A stretch of 63,390 nt of DNA, the filler included, from Sphacelaria rigidula (taxonomy: Eukaryota): NCBI GenBank assembly GCA_964200075.2. It is 9 parts of 9 records of this genome, joined end to end, with 100 filler letters (N's around TTAATTAATTAA, not from the genome) between each part and the next. Parts side by side here need not be neighbours in the genome. Positions count along the whole stretch, not along the records: positions 56,437 to 63,390 come from CAXNAA020017228.1; 8 more parts are not named here. One strand, 5' to 3'. Below, in pieces: positions 61,350-63,390 of the stretch. Within the stretch, counting starts at the first letter, position 1; the number at the start of each line of letters is the position of its first letter. The translations under genes and the position numbers were made by a program. Under the pieces are notes generated by a model. It did not search any database. It saw nothing but the letters and a program-made list of their open reading frames with translations, and had not been told where the DNA came from.

Positions 61350-63297
61350 ATGAATCCTTTGCCCGTACGTGGGAACGTAGAGGCCACAGCAACGCCAGAG
61401 GTATGTGAAAGTCGTCGTTGCTGCCCTTTGTAACCTCCCTCTTTCCGTATTTCAACAACAGACACAGCGGGAGGCGGACAACACGTTCCTGAGATATTTT
61501 AGACAAACTTGCGGGAAAACGCAAAAAATGGTTCGTTTCGCGTTGGGTACTGTACTGCAGCTTCATTGTTCGCTCCACGCCAAACATGTTACGACAATCG
61601 TTCTGTGCACCCGATTGATTCCACACTAGACTTTCGTCATTGGCTCTGCAGTCGTGGAGGGCGAAACAACCTGTAAATAGATCATAGTGACAGCAGTAGG
61701 TAAAATGCCTCCAGCTGAACGCGTGTAACTTTATGCCCATCTTCCTCCGCTTGGTCCCCCAGGCAGTCGGGTACAACAGTATCGGAATCACCACATCTCC
61801 GACATGAATCTTTTCATGGCGCCGAATGCGTAACATGCAGTAACACTCGTGTACTTCTCTGCTCACTTGGGTACAACAACGCACTTGCGTTTGATTGTCT
61901 TGGATGTTTTTACGAAGTCGTACTTCTACGCATCTCTGGCGTGTTGCCAAAGAAAAGCGAACAGTTAATCTAGGCGTGAGCTGCATGGCGGCAGCAGTAG
62001 CAGCAACACCCACAGGTGTTTCCTTCATGAAGTGCGTGTGCACTGTCCATGTGTACGTTGCCTAGATGGCATCTCAGCTCACCGCCGTTTGCAGGAGATC
62101 CTCCATCAATTCAAGCCCACGATGCACGGGTCGCCTCCCCATCCCGAACATCCTCCTTTCACATCGATTGCATCCCTGCCCTCCGCATCGGCGATACCAA
62201 CGACAGCCGTCGGCAACAACGGTCGATACGGTTACCGTTGGTACTACATCTGCAGAGGTTACAGTGCCGTCAAAAGGGTCCAGTGCGACAATGACGCCCG
62301 CGGCAACTGACGGAGCAACATCACAGGTGGCAACAACCGCGGCTGTCAGCGAGGCTGGGGTAGGACTTGGTTCCACCGACGTTACGACCGGGCTCGCCGC
62401 CCAGCAGGGGGGTCTTGGAGACATGGCTGGATTGAAAGAAGTTCTGGTGCAGTCTGCCACGGCTGGTACGCCAGGAGCGGAATCTAGAGATGAGAAGGTT
62501 CGTGTGTTGGTGTCACGTGTTACCCTTGCTTTTACTATCTCCAATGTTCTACCTTTTTGTACAGTTGAGTACTACTATACTTTATTTAGAATATCCATTG
62601 GCGTGCCGGAGATTGATCATGTGTGCGACGTGATCGATGGTTAATCAAAAGTGTGTTCGCTTCGGCATGGAGTGAGGGAGGGGGAGGTGGGGAGTTGTCC
62701 ACATGGTCGCGCGACCTTTGTCTAGCTTTCTTCCCTCAATGATCGGGATCTGGAAATGCTTTTGACGTTATAACGGACTACGGGCTATTGTGTGCGTGGG
62801 AGGAGCTCCCAGATGCCATGTTGTCACTTTTGAGTAGCTCTACCTGTGTGGGTCACGTGAAAATATACCCGTTCTTTTTTGCCGTCTGTCGAGATTGTGG
62901 AGCACCATGTGTCTGCTTCGATCCCCATGCATTCAGAACGCTAGTTGACACCTGTCGGTACATGTGGGTGCATCGGCTGAGGCCACACAGGAGAAAGTGC
63001 TGTGTATTGTCATTGTCGTACTGATAAGCGCTCAGGGTCAAGTTTCATGGGGGAAACCGATTCTAATATATTTCAATACTCGAGATATTGAAGTAGTTTG
63101 TCTTCCTTCTGTCTCCCCTAGTATTGAACCTGATTCTGCTTTTGGCCCGGCAATTTTCGATTCTTTCACGACAGGCATCAATCAAGAGTCTCAAAGATGA
63201 CCCAGGAACACCCGAAGAATGCAACCTGTTCGTTGGCGACTTGGCGCGGAACCTCACGGAAGAGAAACTCGAGAAGGCTTTCCAGCAGCACGGGAGG
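61350..63297 (+). CDS. 5' part of an RRM RNA-binding protein gene. Exons 61350-61400, 62207-62497, 63175-63297
   Basis: Phase-0 GT..AG introns (GAG|GTATGT, AAG|GTTCGT, AGG|GTGAGT). The last exon, ECNLFVGDLARNLTEEKLEKAFQQHGR, is the RNP2 motif and helix 1 of an RRM. The first exon and start codon are less certain. Confidence 0.8.
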
Positions 63298-63390
63298 GTG
63301 AGTTCAATACATGCTTGTCGTTATTCTCATCTCAAGCAGTATTAGCTACTGCCCCCTCACTTGACTGATCGATATAGGCTTGTCCCCCCC

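Noticed and set aside
61159..62043. 294-aa minus-strand ORF
   Set aside because: It has no recognisable motifs and lies antisense to the first exon and intron of the RRM gene, so it is likely chance.

Overview
This is eukaryotic, repeat-rich DNA of roughly balanced GC content. It is most likely from a brown alga or another stramenopile; that is an inference from the tRNA-derived SINE family, the long TE-filled spliceosomal introns and the TTAGGG-like repeats. The window is not one locus. It is nine unrelated contigs of 6,955 or 6,954 bp, apparently sorted by length and joined by 100-bp N-linkers that contain TTAATTAATTAA, so adjacency across a linker has no meaning. Contents: (1) the decayed 5' half of an LTR retrotransposon with a very long, disordered gag-like ORF; (2) the C-terminal part of an XPG/FEN1-like nuclease plus CXC protein, the architecture of AcademX transposases; (3) a small tandem LTR (TRIM/LARD-like) element; (4) a nearly complete, pseudogenised Ngaro/DIRS tyrosine-recombinase retrotransposon; (5) a hAT transposase remnant; (6) partial host genes, including a 5-exon PDZ protein and a 3-exon RRM protein; (7) many non-autonomous elements. 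These include a ~100-bp piggyBac-like MITE forming chains through shared TTAA sites, Harbinger-, hAT- and Tc1-like MITEs, long foldbacks carrying telomere-like repeats, tRNA SINEs and a family bounded by G-runs. I found no CRISPR array, rRNA or intact tRNA gene. Most short ORFs in the supplied track look spurious. I do not see a clearly new enzymatic system. The best leads are the Academ-like gene, the chained MITE arrays and the G-run family.
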